From Octopus bimaculoides (Eukaryota): a DNA stretch of 64,000 nucleotides. Positions 1 to 10,477 of the stretch are shown here, in pieces. The stretch is from contig NC_069003.1 of the NCBI RefSeq assembly GCF_001194135.2, positions 32,017,369 through 32,081,368 on the forward strand, read 5' to 3'. The notes beneath the pieces were generated by a model. The model had not been told where the DNA came from and made no database searches. It saw only the letters and a list, made by a program, of their open reading frames with translations. The translations under genes and the position numbers were made by a program. Position 1 is the stretch's first letter. Each line of letters begins with the position of its first letter.

Positions 1-205
1 TATATATAAGGGAAGATGTTCCCAGTACTTGCATTCATTTAGATCCAGGGACAGAGAGAACTCCACTTCCCTGTTGCACTTTCTCTGGAGACTTTGTGAC
101 CGCCGAGACAAATCACTCAGCATCAAGCGGACTATTTTCAACAGCACGCCGCCATATTCACCCACCACTCCCAATTGCCATCTGTGCCTCTACGAAAAAC
201 TATAC
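1..205 (+). mobile_element. Fragment of a Penelope-like element GIY-YIG endonuclease C-terminus
   Basis: Translation HSFRSRDRENSTSLLHFLWRL...IKRTIFNSTPPYSPTTPNCHLCLYEKLYI matches the recalled pattern SFR..K..NST.LS..IW.L....I.W.I.....PY.....C.LCL.EK..I of Penelope-type GIY-YIG ORFs. It runs into a (TA)n tract. Confidence 0.6.
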
Positions 206-244
206 ATATATGTATATATACATATATGTACGTCTCTTTCACTG

Positions 245-483
245 AACTCTAAACTCGGCTTGCGAAGACCTGTTGGGGCAAGCGAAAGCGAAATCGTGAT
301 GGCGCCTGTACCAGTGGAGGACTAAGAGCACCGTCCGAGCGTGATCGTTGCCAGAGCACCAGCTGTCTGGCTTCCGTGTCGGTGGCACGTAAATAGGACC
401 ATTTGAGCGTGATTGTTACCAACGTCGCCTTCCTGGCACTTGTGCCGGTGGCACGTGAATAGACATTCGAGCGAGATCGTTGT
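245..483 (+). mobile_element. SINE-like repeat, internal tandem part of the RTE-tailed family, joined to a tRNA-derived SINE
   Basis: Units GCCGGTGGCACGTAAA...ATTCGAGCGTGATCGTTGCCAG also occur at 33690-33840 and, reversed, at 14175-14310. Confidence 0.6.
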
Positions 484-770
484 CTCGGGTTCGGTTCCAC
501 TGCGTGGCACTTTGAACCAATGCCTTCTACTATAGCCTGCGGCTGACCAATGCTTCGTGAATGAATTTAGGAAACAGAAACTATGGAAGCCCCTCGTAAC
601 GTGTATTGGTCTCCACCACCATCACCACAGCTTAACAACTGAGTTGGTTTGTTTACGTCTTCGTGATCTAGCGATTCGGCCAAAAAGACCGATAGAAAAG
701 TACGGGACTTGAAAATAAGTAGTGGAGTCAATTTTTTCAAGGTGGAAGCCCAGCGTAGCCACAGTCTATG
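484..770 (+). mobile_element. tRNA-derived SINE (family with GGGTTCAGTCCCACTGCGTGGCACCTTGGGCAAG core)
   Basis: B-box-like GGGTTCGGTTCC followed by the family core. Relatives at about 7560-7920(-), 14480-14630(-), 35770-35990(-), 36690-37070(-), 45500-45650(+) and 49410-49770(+). Confidence 0.7.
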
Positions 771-949
771 GAGAAAATAAAGATACATGCAAACAATATA
801 AGTTCACAGCGGGGAAACTTCGCCAAGTTCACACAGCAGAATAAATTATTTTGCCATGAATATGAACTTCCTAAACAAGGAAGTTACAAGTAAGAAATCC
901 TTCATCGTGGAAAAAAGATATAAAAGTTTAGAACCTTCACTAGTTATTT

Positions 950-1539
950 CGGTGGAATTCTGCTATAAGCACCCCCTCATAACTTACGAGGGGTGTATGA
1001 AAAGTTTTGAGCCTTGAAGTCTTGTACCTTCCTCAGAAGTCTTGAACAATGTTTTGTTTATTGGGGGCTCAAGACTTTTCATACACACCTCGTATTTTAT
1101 TATTTATTTTGAATTTTCATAAAATTTTTGAAAATTTCTGTTCTACACACGGGAATTCAAACAATTATGCAACCCCACCCGACAATTTTTTTTCTTTTAA
1201 GGGCTATCTAGCTGTTATTTTTAGTACATCTTAGGACCATCTAATACCCTTCTCGTTTCTCTCTCACTCTGATGTATTGATGTTTTTCGATATCTTTCTC
1301 CCCCTTAAATACAATTAATGGTCTATTGCAGGGGTTTAAACAAAAAAAATTCGGACTGTCCGTATTTTAAACTCTGAAAGAAGAAAGAAAAAGATCCAAA
1401 AAATTTTTCTGTTAAATGTATTTTCATAATCGTATAAATTCCTGTGTAGAACACAAATACACAAACATTTACTGAAAATTCCGAAAATAAAAAAAACTTA
1501 TGAGAAGTTATATGGGGTACTCAAAACAGAATTCCGCCG
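950..1539. mobile_element. Unclassified long-inverted-repeat element interrupted by a mariner MITE
   Basis: Left end CGGTGGAATTCTG (950) and right end CAGAATTCCGCCG (1539) are inverted. Inner arms at about 1100-1170 and 1420-1490 are also inverted homologues. Confidence 0.55.
987..1092. mobile_element. 106-bp mariner-type MITE with TA target duplication
   Basis: TA-CGAGGGGTGTATGAAAAGTTTTGAGCC ... GGCTCAAGACTTTTCATACACACCTCG-TA: 27-bp TIRs with 2 mismatches. Confidence 0.85.
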
Positions 1540-2593
1540 TTGTTTCCTAAATATTGTATGCTAGAGAGAGGCAGACAGAGAGCTGGCTGTCCATTAATCT
1601 CCGAGGAAACCCATCTCTGGCTCCAAAAAATAAATCGCGCTTCCAAACAGTGATTGTTACATGACCTTTTAGTTGGCAAACCCTTTACAAATATAGACGT
1701 GTACATGTGGAGGCAGAAGTATAGTCGGATGCAGTGCACGATCTTTTCAAGCTACCAATACGTTTGTAAACTTCGACTCACATGTTCTGCCTGTTACGCA
1801 ATCTGTTGACATATCACAGTCGCACACACAGCAGTGACTTTTCGGTCGATTAAGCCATCGTCGAAGTCCTTCCTTATCAATAATATTCTTGTTAAAGAAT
1901 AATAAATATGTAGGGTAACCCATCAGATCAATGTAAAATAATTTTTATCATAACTGAACAAACACACACACACACATATATATATACATACACACACACA
2001 CCGCACGCACACAAATTTATTTATTTAATATGAAGTTATCGAACACGTATAATAAATTGATTGTGAACAATTCTTAACTGGAATGAAAATAACACGAAAG
2101 TAAAGAACGATCTGTAATTAAATGACGGTTGCTGTTGCTTAACAGTTTTGATCAAAAGAATACCAGCCGTGACCATCCCGTCAATTTTTCTTGTTTTACT
2201 ATTTCACAGACATTATTTATCCTGTTCTTGTTTTCTAAGAGGGTAGATTGTGACATGAAGGTTTGGTTTCTATATTTAACAGGACGAGCGAACACGTTAA
2301 AGCTCCCAGTCTTCTGTTAGGTCTTGTTTAGCCCCCAAATTAGCCTTAACTGAGTAGATCTCAGCTGTTCCAGCTTTGGCCATCCTATTCCTTTTTCTGG
2401 ACCAATTTATTCAATGTCCCGTCATTATATTTTAAAGACAGCTATGTTATTATGAGTGAGAACCGGCAGCTATTTCTAGCGGATCGAAATTCCCTGTGTG
2501 GAGGCAAAATATCTATATAAACAATGAATGAAAAAGACATGTGGTACAAAAAGAATGTGAAATACTACGTCTGCTCCCATAAAAAAAACTTAC

Positions 2594-2690
2594 CTGGATG
2601 CCATTTCAGAGCAAGCTTTTTGTAAGATTTTTTTAATTCCTCGTCTCCGACATCGAACGGAACTCCAAGTACTTCGTAATGACATTTCAT
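2594..2690 (-). CDS. DNAJC21: DnaJ homolog subfamily C member 21, coding exon 1 (J-domain start); the remainder lies left of the window
   Basis: ATG at 2690 gives [32 protein letters not shown], then a perfect donor CCAG|GTAAGT in phase 1. This matches the DNAJC21/Jjj1 N-terminus MKCHYEALGV...[16 protein letters not shown]. Confidence 0.88.
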
Positions 2691-3251
2691 GGTAAAATCA
2701 GCCGAGATCGCCCAAAAGCCTGGCTTCTACTGATCCCAAACAATTTCTTCAGATTCACAGGAAGTTCTCGGTTAGATTTCCGGAAAAAATTTTGATAGAC
2801 AAAGCCGACGAAACGAAATATTATTCCTGTGTTGTTTCTCTATAATTTAATAAATCTAACGATGTTTGTTAGTTTATAGCAATAATTCATTGTTTTTTTA
2901 TTATTTTGTGAAATAATAGAATTTCTTTGATTTATTATTATTCGTCCCTGTTGTTGTTATTATTTTTGTTTATCTAGGTCAACCCCTATTGAGCAGATGT
3001 ATCATCGAAGACGTTTCATCCCTTGCGATCCCATTTTGGAGGAGTATCTAAGACAACACTATCTAATGTGTCTCACTTCATTTTTAAATGATGGGCTGTA
3101 GTTTGAAGCAGATTTTACTGCTAGTTGTAACAGTTTGAACGACCACGTAGACGCTTCACCGTAACTTCGTAGATGCCTCTGTATTTCACTTTGGTGATTA
3201 AAAAAGCCGAATCTAATCCCCCAATCCAGATTTTGTATTAACTGAACAAAG
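2691..3251. promoter_or_regulatory. Bidirectional promoter region DNAJC21 / MED17
   Basis: Divergent ATGs about 560 bp apart. ETS-like cores CAGGAAGT (about 2758) and TCCGGAAA (about 2779), with local CpG enrichment. Confidence 0.6.
2945..3160 (-). mobile_element. Old copy of the abundant short interspersed repeat family CTACGTGGTC..CTGCTAGAAATAGCAGCCAAATCT..GGGCTAAACAACAAC
   Basis: Reverse-complement match to copies at about 27620-27980, 38140-38340, 61120-61340 and 62150-62340. A similar reversed copy lies at about 2320-2500. Confidence 0.55.
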
Positions 3252-5117
3252 ATGGCGACCGGCGAGGTTTCTGTTAGTGTCGAGTCAATTATTGAACAAC
3301 AAATCCAAGAAGTTTCATTTGATGGGCAGGAATTATGTTTACCGCCGCTTTCTATGTCAGAAAACCTAACCAAACTTGCACATAAGATCGATTTTTACCG
3401 AGATGAAAGTGAAGAAAAGGGCAAACCAACATCGGAAGGGGAGAAGGAAACAGACGAGAAAGTGTTAGCGCCATTCCAACCTTCGCTGTGGCCGTGGGAT
3501 TCTGTGAGGAATAAACTGAAGATCGCATTAACTGAGATAAGTGTTCTTAATGATGTTGTTAATATTGCAAAAGAAAGACGTTATATGATTCTTGATCACG
3601 TAGTTGGTGAATCTAACGAGTCTCGCGTGGCAGTTCAGCTCTTGGCAAAAAAGCGGAGTTTGGTTTCGGCTGCAGCTGTTTTGGTCGAGGGAACGGAACG
3701 TCTGAAAAAATCACAACAAGAAACAAGTGCGAGGACTCAGTCTGACTTTCACATAGAACTCTTAAAACTTAGACATAATTGGAGACTAAAAAAAGTTGGA
3801 AATACCATTCTTGGAGATTTCAGTTACAAATCTGTTGGTTCCAGGTATTGGCAGAGTGGAACGTTCGAGGTTGTTAAAAGTACGAAAGAGATGGACAATA
3901 TTGATTCTATTTCTGGCACACCGAAAAGTTGTCTTGAAGTAATCATTCCAAGTGAGTTAGAAGGTGTTGCTTACGTAAAAATTGAAGTGAAGACTTTCCC
4001 GGAATTATCAGACCTGACAAGTGTAGCTCTGAAAATGCCAAGTGGATTATGTCCCGTTCCTTCAGACACATATTGGCATCAGAAATTGGAAGTTGCTCAA
4101 AATGTTTTGTTTTGCAAAGAACTATTTTCACAACTGGCTCGAGAAGCAGTACAGTTGAAATCTCAGGTACCACATATGGTTGTTGGTAACCAAATCATTA
4201 CGAATATATTCCCTGGTGTCCAGCTCTCAATTGTATTGTGCCATTACAACGACAAGGATAAACGTGTTACTTCTCTCAAAGTGGATCACAACCATGTTCT
4301 TGAACATTCTCTTCATCAGCTTCTCCGAGAAGCTCATTATAAAACTATCAACCATTCACCCCCACATCCAGTCACTGTCACATTGGGTTTGAGCAAAAGG
4401 CGGCGACTTGCTGGGCCCCATGGTTACAGTCGCCAGGATCTTACAGAAATGACGGAGAACGAAACGCTGCTGGAACAAATAATACAACAGACAAAGCATG
4501 CTGTGCTTCGTAAACGTGTCATGGAAACAGTTGATAGGATGGCTATCCACGTACCTGATCCTCAGATTTCTACCCACTGGAGCTGTTTAAACAGCAGTCT
4601 TGAATCTAGTGTTAAAATTAATATAACTTCTCTTGGATATGAGATTAACAGGACATCGTTGGTGTTAGAGATTGGCACTGACACTATAAAAGCAATCAGT
4701 AGAGACGGAAGAGTCAGCATATTGTCATTCGAGCCCAAAGAATTAGAGGATCTGCTCATGTGGCAGATTGCTTTCCACCATTTAGCCATAATCGTATTCT
4801 TGAGTAAACTAATGGGGTGGCAAATTTTATCAAGTAGTAACTGTGTTGGAGTTGGACAGATGGAGCCTTTAGGTACTGCCTCTTCTATTACATTGGGGTC
4901 ACCTAAAGGGGACAAACTGGTGTGCATTCGGAGTGGGGCTGCCACAGGTCAGCATGTATATATTCAATCTTTACCTCATTCTTATGACAGTTCAGTTGTT
5001 ACAGATCCAAAGTGGAAAAACCTGGAAGGTTCCTTTCAGGAAGTGAACCTTGATAAGCTAGTCGGTCGGAGTTTTATAATCAAAATTGAATTTCTCATGG
5101 CTACGTTAATGTCATAA
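3252..5117 (+). CDS. MED17: Mediator of RNA polymerase II transcription subunit 17, single coding exon, 621 aa
   Basis: Uninterrupted ORF with Kozak context AAGATGG. Diagnostic motifs PPLSMSENLTKLAHKIDF, LWPWDSVRNKLKIALTE, LRHNWRLKKVG and QNVLFCKELFSQLAREA match MED17. Confidence 0.96.
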   Translation: MATGEVSVSVESIIEQQIQEVSFDGQELCLPPLSMSENLTKLAHKIDFYRDESEEKGKPTSEGEKETDEKVLAPFQPSLWPWDSVRNKLKIALTEISVLNDVVNIAKERRYMILDHVVGESNESRVAVQLLAKKRSLVSAAAVLVEGTERLKKSQQETSARTQSDFHIELLKLRHNWRLKKVGNTILGDFSYKSVGSRYWQSGTFEVVKSTKEMDNIDSISGTPKSCLEVIIPSELEGVAYVKIEVKTFPELSDLTSVALKMPSGLCPVPSDTYWHQKLEVAQNVLFCKELFSQLAREAVQLKSQVPHMVVGNQIITNIFPGVQLSIVLCHYNDKDKRVTSLKVDHNHVLEHSLHQLLREAHYKTINHSPPHPVTVTLGLSKRRRLAGPHGYSRQDLTEMTENETLLEQIIQQTKHAVLRKRVMETVDRMAIHVPDPQISTHWSCLNSSLESSVKINITSLGYEINRTSLVLEIGTDTIKAISRDGRVSILSFEPKELEDLLMWQIAFHHLAIIVFLSKLMGWQILSSSNCVGVGQMEPLGTASSITLGSPKGDKLVCIRSGAATGQHVYIQSLPHSYDSSVVTDPKWKNLEGSFQEVNLDKLVGRSFIIKIEFLMATLMS

Positions 5118-5492
5118 AGCATATCAACTAAAAACCTCTGGATATCTTTCTGCAGTGACTGACTAACGTGTCAAACCATGTTCCAATTTTTGAGATGATG
5201 GCACTAGTATGAAGGATATTATATCATATCAAATATTCTTAATATTGTATTTCCATACATTGATTAGGATTAAGTATATCTCTATTGTCATATAGTAGCC
5301 ATCAATGTCATTCGGTCCAAAATCCATGGATGCTGCAGTTTATGCTGATCTGGATTTACTGGTGTGAAAAATCATGATATTGTAAATATATCCTTTTGAA
5401 ATTACTCACAAAGGACAAAGATATATAGACGTGTCTGTATGTATATATATGTGTATGTATATACATATATATGTATACATATATGTATGTAT

Positions 5493-5529
<37 letters not shown>

Positions 5530-5939
5530 GGTATGTATGTATACATACATATATGTATACATATGTATGTATATATATATAATGTTTATGTTTAACTCGA
5601 TATATTCCATGATCATTATACATATTTAATAATATCAATACAGTTTCTGCTCTATTGGTATTTTCTAGAGAAAGTTAGGGGTGTTTTATGTTGTTGGTTT
5701 TATTTCCCTTTTTTTTTTTAAACTCACCATAAAGAAATTTATAATTTCTGTAACTTTAAACTACAAATTCCTTTCGGAATCATCACATGCTGGTAATTAA
5801 TAAATGCTGCAAAAATGGTAATCTAGAAGACTGGATGAAAGTGTCAATGGAAGCAATAAACCAGTGCATTTGGTGTAATGTTTTGTTTTATTTTTTAAAT
5901 TCATTTTCTTCAAGTTTTATTTTAATTTTATTTTTGTCT

Positions 5940-6088
5940 GAACCCTTTAGCATTCAGATTACTCAACCAAATGTAATGTGCATTTATTTACATTGTTCTG
6001 AATTAATCATGCATTGTTTTGTAGCTTCAAGGTCTTAATGATGTTTATTGCATATTTTTAGAATTACTGTTTTGGCTAAAGAGTTAAA
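5940..6088. mobile_element. TTAA-type (piggyBac-like) MITE, family B (AACCCTTTAGCATTCAGATT...)
   Basis: Same family at about 19690-19912, 33376-33553, 33986-34213(rev), 48020-48185(rev), 50035-50230 and 51075-51850. Confidence 0.55.
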
Positions 6089-6089
6089 G

Positions 6090-6399
6090 CAGTGGTTCTC
6101 AACCAGGATCCACACAACAAAATGGTGAATTGGGGATCCACAATAATATTTTAAGGTCCCCACTGAAAAAACTTTGCTCTAAATGTATTTATTGGTATGC
6201 ATTACAAGAAACAGCTAGATTTCTTTCTCTAACATTTTACATAGTTCAACCTGCAGAAATTAACGTGTGAAAAACAAAATAGGAATTTTGAAAGCAATTT
6301 CTATAAAATTAGTTTTTATACATAAAATAGCTATGGGGATCCACCTGGATGATATAGTAATCAAAGGAGTTTGATGGATAAAAATTGTTGAGAGCCCTT
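6090..6399. mobile_element. hAT/Charlie-type MITE
   Basis: CAGTGGTTCTCAACC ... GTTGAGAGCCCT termini. It is a reverse-orientation homologue of 48252-48887. Confidence 0.65.
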
Positions 6400-6849
6400 A
6401 AAGTAAAGTATAATTTTATTAAAAATTGTATGCTGAATGTCATTAGATAATTCATTTTCAGTAATTGTCCTGTCTGTTGTTGTTGATTACTCTCTGATCA
6501 GCTTTGATTAAGCTGAACTATGATCAGAGATGTTCCAGCCATGGTCTTGTTGTTAGGATGTTGCACTCACCATCACAAAGGTCATAGTTTTGATTCCTAG
6601 ATCAGTGGTGTGTTATGGTCTTGAGCAAAACACTTCATTTCATGTTACTCCATTCCACTCAGCTGTAACCCTGCAATGGACTTATATCCTGTTCAGTGGA
6701 AATAATGGCCTGCCCACCTGGCCAGTGGGGTAACATTACTCGATTGCTGCAACGATGCAAGGAAGCACATTGTGATCAGCGGTGTATAACCACATTTGAT
6801 AGTCTGGTCAATACAGTGATGGTGATATTATCCAATATGTGCCTTCACT

Positions 6850-7065
6850 TTTAGTACTGTAGGCCAGTGGTTCCTAGCCTAGGATCCAGGATGGTTGGAT
6901 AATATCCATAATCTCAGTTGGTCATGCTTGGAAATCCAGCCAGAAAGTGTAATGTTGGTTGCTTCTGACAGGACCCTATGGGGAAAGTGCCTGAAGATTC
7001 TACCCCCATGACTTTCCCAGGAATAGTGGGTGGAGAAGATGGCTTGATTGATGGATGGAGAATGA
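6850..7065 (+). mobile_element. RTE-type LINE 3' fragment
   Basis: Homologous to 46125-46265, which follows an RRPRGRPRMKWL RT C-terminal motif. Confidence 0.5.
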
Positions 7066-7149
7066 TCGCTTGATCAATAGATGGATATCATAAGGCATTC
7101 ATGTCTGTCTCAACAAACCAATAAGAGTGTCAGTAGTAATAACATTTTT

Positions 7150-7335
7150 ACTAAAGGTACAAGGCCTGAAATTTTGGGAAAGGGGCCTAGTCAATTACAT
7201 CAACCCAGTGTTTAACTGGTACTCAATTTATCAACCCTCAAAGGATGAAAGGCTAAGTCGACCTCACCAGAACTTGAACTCAGAATGTAAAGATAGATGA
7301 AATACTGCTAAGCATTTAGCCCAGCATGCCACCTT
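7150..7335 (-). mobile_element. tRNA-derived SINE (head GGCGAGCTGGCAGAAACGTTAG, B box GAGTTCAAATTCC)
   Basis: Same family at about 23370-23565, 27168-27533, 30120-30335, 56620-57210 (three partial copies) and 61850-61965. Confidence 0.7.
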
Positions 7336-8175
7336 AGTGATTCTAGTAATAACATCTTTGAAATCATCAGATATGAAATTTAAGGATGTGTACTTCAGGC
7401 AGAGTTTTGAAAAAGAACTTTATTCCAAATAATGACTGAAAGGCTGGTTCAATATTAGGAATTGGAGTAAAGTCTAAACAAATTTTGTGATTAATTCCTA
7501 CTTTGAACTCACCTTATATTCGTGAATTTCCATTTGGTTTTGGTACAATATCAGGGGATACACACTTGCTACCACAAGGCGCAAAATGCTCTTATATATC
7601 TTTTTACTTCCTTCAGTCACTGGACTGCGGCCATGCTGTGGCGCCACCTTGAAGGGCTTAGCCAAACAAATCAATCCAGTACTTGGTTTTCCTTTTTTAA
7701 GCCTAGTATTTACTCTGTTTGGTCTCTTTTTCTGAATCACTAAATTATAAGGGCATAAACAAACCGACACTATTCATCAAGTGATGATGAGTGACAAACA
7801 CAAAGGCACACAGTTTCTGCCTACCAAATCTAAGTGCGAAGCTTTGGTCGCCTCAGGGCGATAACGGAAGACACTTATCCAAGGTGCTATGCAGTGGGAC
7901 TGAACCCAAAACCGCAAAGTCACACCTGCGCCCTGTTCAACCATTTTGCATAATTTTACAACTATTAATGAGAAAGATATGAATTGGCAATTTGTGAGCT
8001 TCAACGTGTAAATAATGTATATTTTCTTCTAAATTTATTGGTTTATAAAATTTAAGACCACCATTATCTTCAACGTCAATATTTCCATCGATAAACGCAG
8101 TAACGCAGAGTTATCCCTCTTTACGTGCAATTCGCAACTTGTACATTTCACTCAAGTGATATAAACCCGACGACG

Positions 8176-8192
8176 ATGTATATTTTTGTCAG
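8176..8192 (+). CDS. Possible first coding exon (MYIFVR) of the unrecognised small gene
   Basis: ATG at 8176 and donor CAG|GTATAT (weak) in phase 2, matching the phase of exon 9888. It lies in a CpG-enriched unique patch with a DRE-like ATCGATA at about 8087. Confidence 0.25.
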
Positions 8193-8999
8193 GTATATTA
8201 CAAGGAGCCTCTACATAACGTGTCGACCTGATAGCAGACGTCAAATGTTAATCGGATCAAACATTTATAAAGAAGAAAGATACGTTAGATAATATTCTAG
8301 GCATATTAAGAATAAAAAATATCAAAATAAAATCAATCATTTTCAATCTTTAGTTCGCCCACATCAGATCTTATTTTTTATATTACATCTGTTACGTTAT
8401 GTTTGTAGCTTCTTGTTGTTCAATCCTCTATAAGCAGAACTAATACCAAAAGCCGTCCAGTTGTGACCACCCTACCTTTATATAGAATCGATATTTTCTA
8501 CTTCTGCAATACTTTTTCAGTATCTGCTGTAGGCATGTTTTTTTTTTCTTTTCATATCCACCTCCAAAAGTATTTGATTATTGATCTATAAAGAGATATT
8601 TGATGAAATATGGGGAAAATTAAGGGAATCTGAAGAATTGCCTTTTGTAAGAAATGTCACTAAGAGTATCTCCACTTCTCACAGCATATGGAGAATATGC
8701 TTAGAAGGTTTCTTGTCAGGATTGTGGGGGTAAAACTGCTTTCTGCAGTTAACAGAGATAAAAGTTTGAGCACAGATACTACTCTACCTGGTACTTAGCC
8801 ATCATCTGTCTCCTGCTCTCTTTTGTAATCTTGCTGTCTCCCACTCTCTTTCTCTCTCTCCAGCTCTTCCTTCAGGCTGGGTAACCATGTGGCACCTTTA
8901 TAACAACACACCCGTTTCTGTCCTCATTCCTGATCTCTCTCTGACTGAATAACTCTGAACCTCCTTCAATGCCCTCTAAAAGAAATTTTGTCTTCCAAG

Positions 9000-9315
9000 T
9001 TACTTGGTGACCCTGCCAGTGCTGATGCCACATAAAAAGCAATTGGTTCACACTGTAAAATGGTTGGCGTTTGGAAGGGCATCCAGCTGTAAAAACCATA
9101 CCAAAACTGATCTTGGCTGTGCTGGTTCCAAGTAAAAAAACACTCAGTCCACTCTACTGGGTGGTTGGTGCTAGGAAGAGCATCCAGCTGTAAAAACCCT
9201 GCCAAAACAGACACAGAAGCCTGGTGCAGGTTCCTGCCTGACTGGCTCCTGTCAAACCATCCAACCCATGCCAGCATGGATGGCAGACATTAAACGATGA
9301 TGATGATGGTGATGG
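9000..9315 (+). mobile_element. SINE/LINE 3' end with RTE-type tail (TGGCGTTAGGAAGGGCATCCAGC...CCAACCCATGCCAGCATGG...(GAT)n)
   Basis: Family copies at about 11013-11167, 12400-12540, 14175-14467(mixed), 18935-19145(-), 33830-33985, 36315-36455(-) and 59030-59215. Confidence 0.65.
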
Positions 9316-9818
9316 TGGACATAAAGTTTTAGAAATATGACACCAACAACAAATTGTTTAATTTCATTTTATTGTCAGAACAAAAATAAGTGAATTCACA
9401 TAGACACATACACAAAAACAAGATACAAACAGATATAAAGAGACAATAATTAGTTTATTGGATTTGGTGGGGGGGGGGATACAATTTACAAAGAAAATAA
9501 TTCATGTGTGTGTGTAGGCGCTTTCTACAAGCAAAAATAAGAGGGAATTGTTTGGGTGTCTTTTACAGACAAAAATGAAGGGAAATGATAAGTGTTTTGT
9601 CTCTTTTTTTTTTTTGTTCCAACAACCATGAACAATGGGAAAGGATTGGTTTATTTAAAGGTCTTTTACAAACAGTATCCAAATTACAAACAAGAAATGA
9701 TTCTTTTTAATATTTCTTTCAGTCTTTCACAAATAGTTTTCAATTCATGAACAAAAATAAGGGGAGATGATTGGTTTGTTCAGTTGTCTTTTAGAAACAT
9801 TATCCAACTATATTGTTT

Positions 9819-9849
<31 letters not shown>

Positions 9850-9887
9850 ATATATATATAAAATTTTGATTTATTAATTTTATACAG

Positions 9888-9936
9888 AATGATACCTAAA
9901 TGTATTGATGACGGTATAAAAACTGAGTTTCTCTTG
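9888..9936 (+). CDS. Putative exon A of an unrecognised small gene (x-MIPKCIDDGIKTEFLL)
   Basis: Acceptor TTTTATACAG| and perfect donor TTG|GTAAGT. Only one frame is open. Confidence 0.55.
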
Positions 9937-10217
9937 GTAAGTAATTTAGGTCAAGCTTTTCATTAAAAAAAGCTTTTATTCATTAAGTCTGTTTGGTGAG
10001 AAAACAATGCCCATACTCTTCTAGGACATTGAGGTTTTATAGAACCATGAATGTTATAAACTACCAATTCACAATGTTCAGATTTCAGGATTTTTTACCT
10101 TTCCATTCATTATTTTTTTTCTTTTAAATGCAATTATTTCATTAACTGACGACCGACCAATAAGACAGACACAGAGTACACTCTCAATATACCTTACTTC
10201 TAGTTAACCTATTCCAG

Positions 10218-10278
10218 AAGCAACAGTATTTAGCTGATTCCAAAGACACCTGTGTCCACGTTGAGAAGCAGCCATCAG
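10218..10278 (+). CDS. Putative exon B (KQQYLADSKDTCVHVEKQPS)
   Basis: Branch-like TTAAC, acceptor CCTATTCCAG| and donor CAG|GTATGT. Phase 0 to 1, compatible with exon A. Confidence 0.55.
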
Positions 10279-10477
10279 GTATGTATGTAGGTAGTAGTAG
10301 TAGTAGTAGTAGTAGAGTAAGCCCACATTGAGATATGCTCATTGGTAGTAGTAGTAGTAGTAGTAGTAGCAGTAGTAGTGGTCAGCATTTCCTGCCAGTC
10401 GCTGTTAACAACACTTAAAGAGCAGAGCAGTGTGCTTCTTTTTCTATCATGTTAACTGTGTGTCTTGTTTGTTCTAG

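Noticed and set aside
567-788. Minus-strand ORF with an acceptor-like site as DNAJC21 exon 2
   Set aside because: The phase-1 reading stops quickly, has no DKN...J-domain continuation, and the sequence is SINE-derived.
2586-2600. ACTTACCTGG resembling the 5' end of U1 snRNA
   Set aside because: It is the reverse complement of the DNAJC21 exon 1 donor; no U1 body or Sm site follows.
5356-5638. ORFs rich in YI/HT/CV/SL dipeptides (also 16850, 21768, 31528, 32724, 35764, 45541, 53713)
   Set aside because: They are translations of (TA)n, (CA)n, (GA)n and (AAT)n microsatellites.
8571-8646. Alternative upstream exon for the micro-exon gene
   Set aside because: Stops in all three frames; it could at most be non-coding.
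9360-9800. Region with recurring ACAAAAATAAGGG..ATGATT..GTCTTTTACA units
   Set aside because: Probably an unclassified interspersed repeat; no termini or coding signal could be defined, so no call was made.
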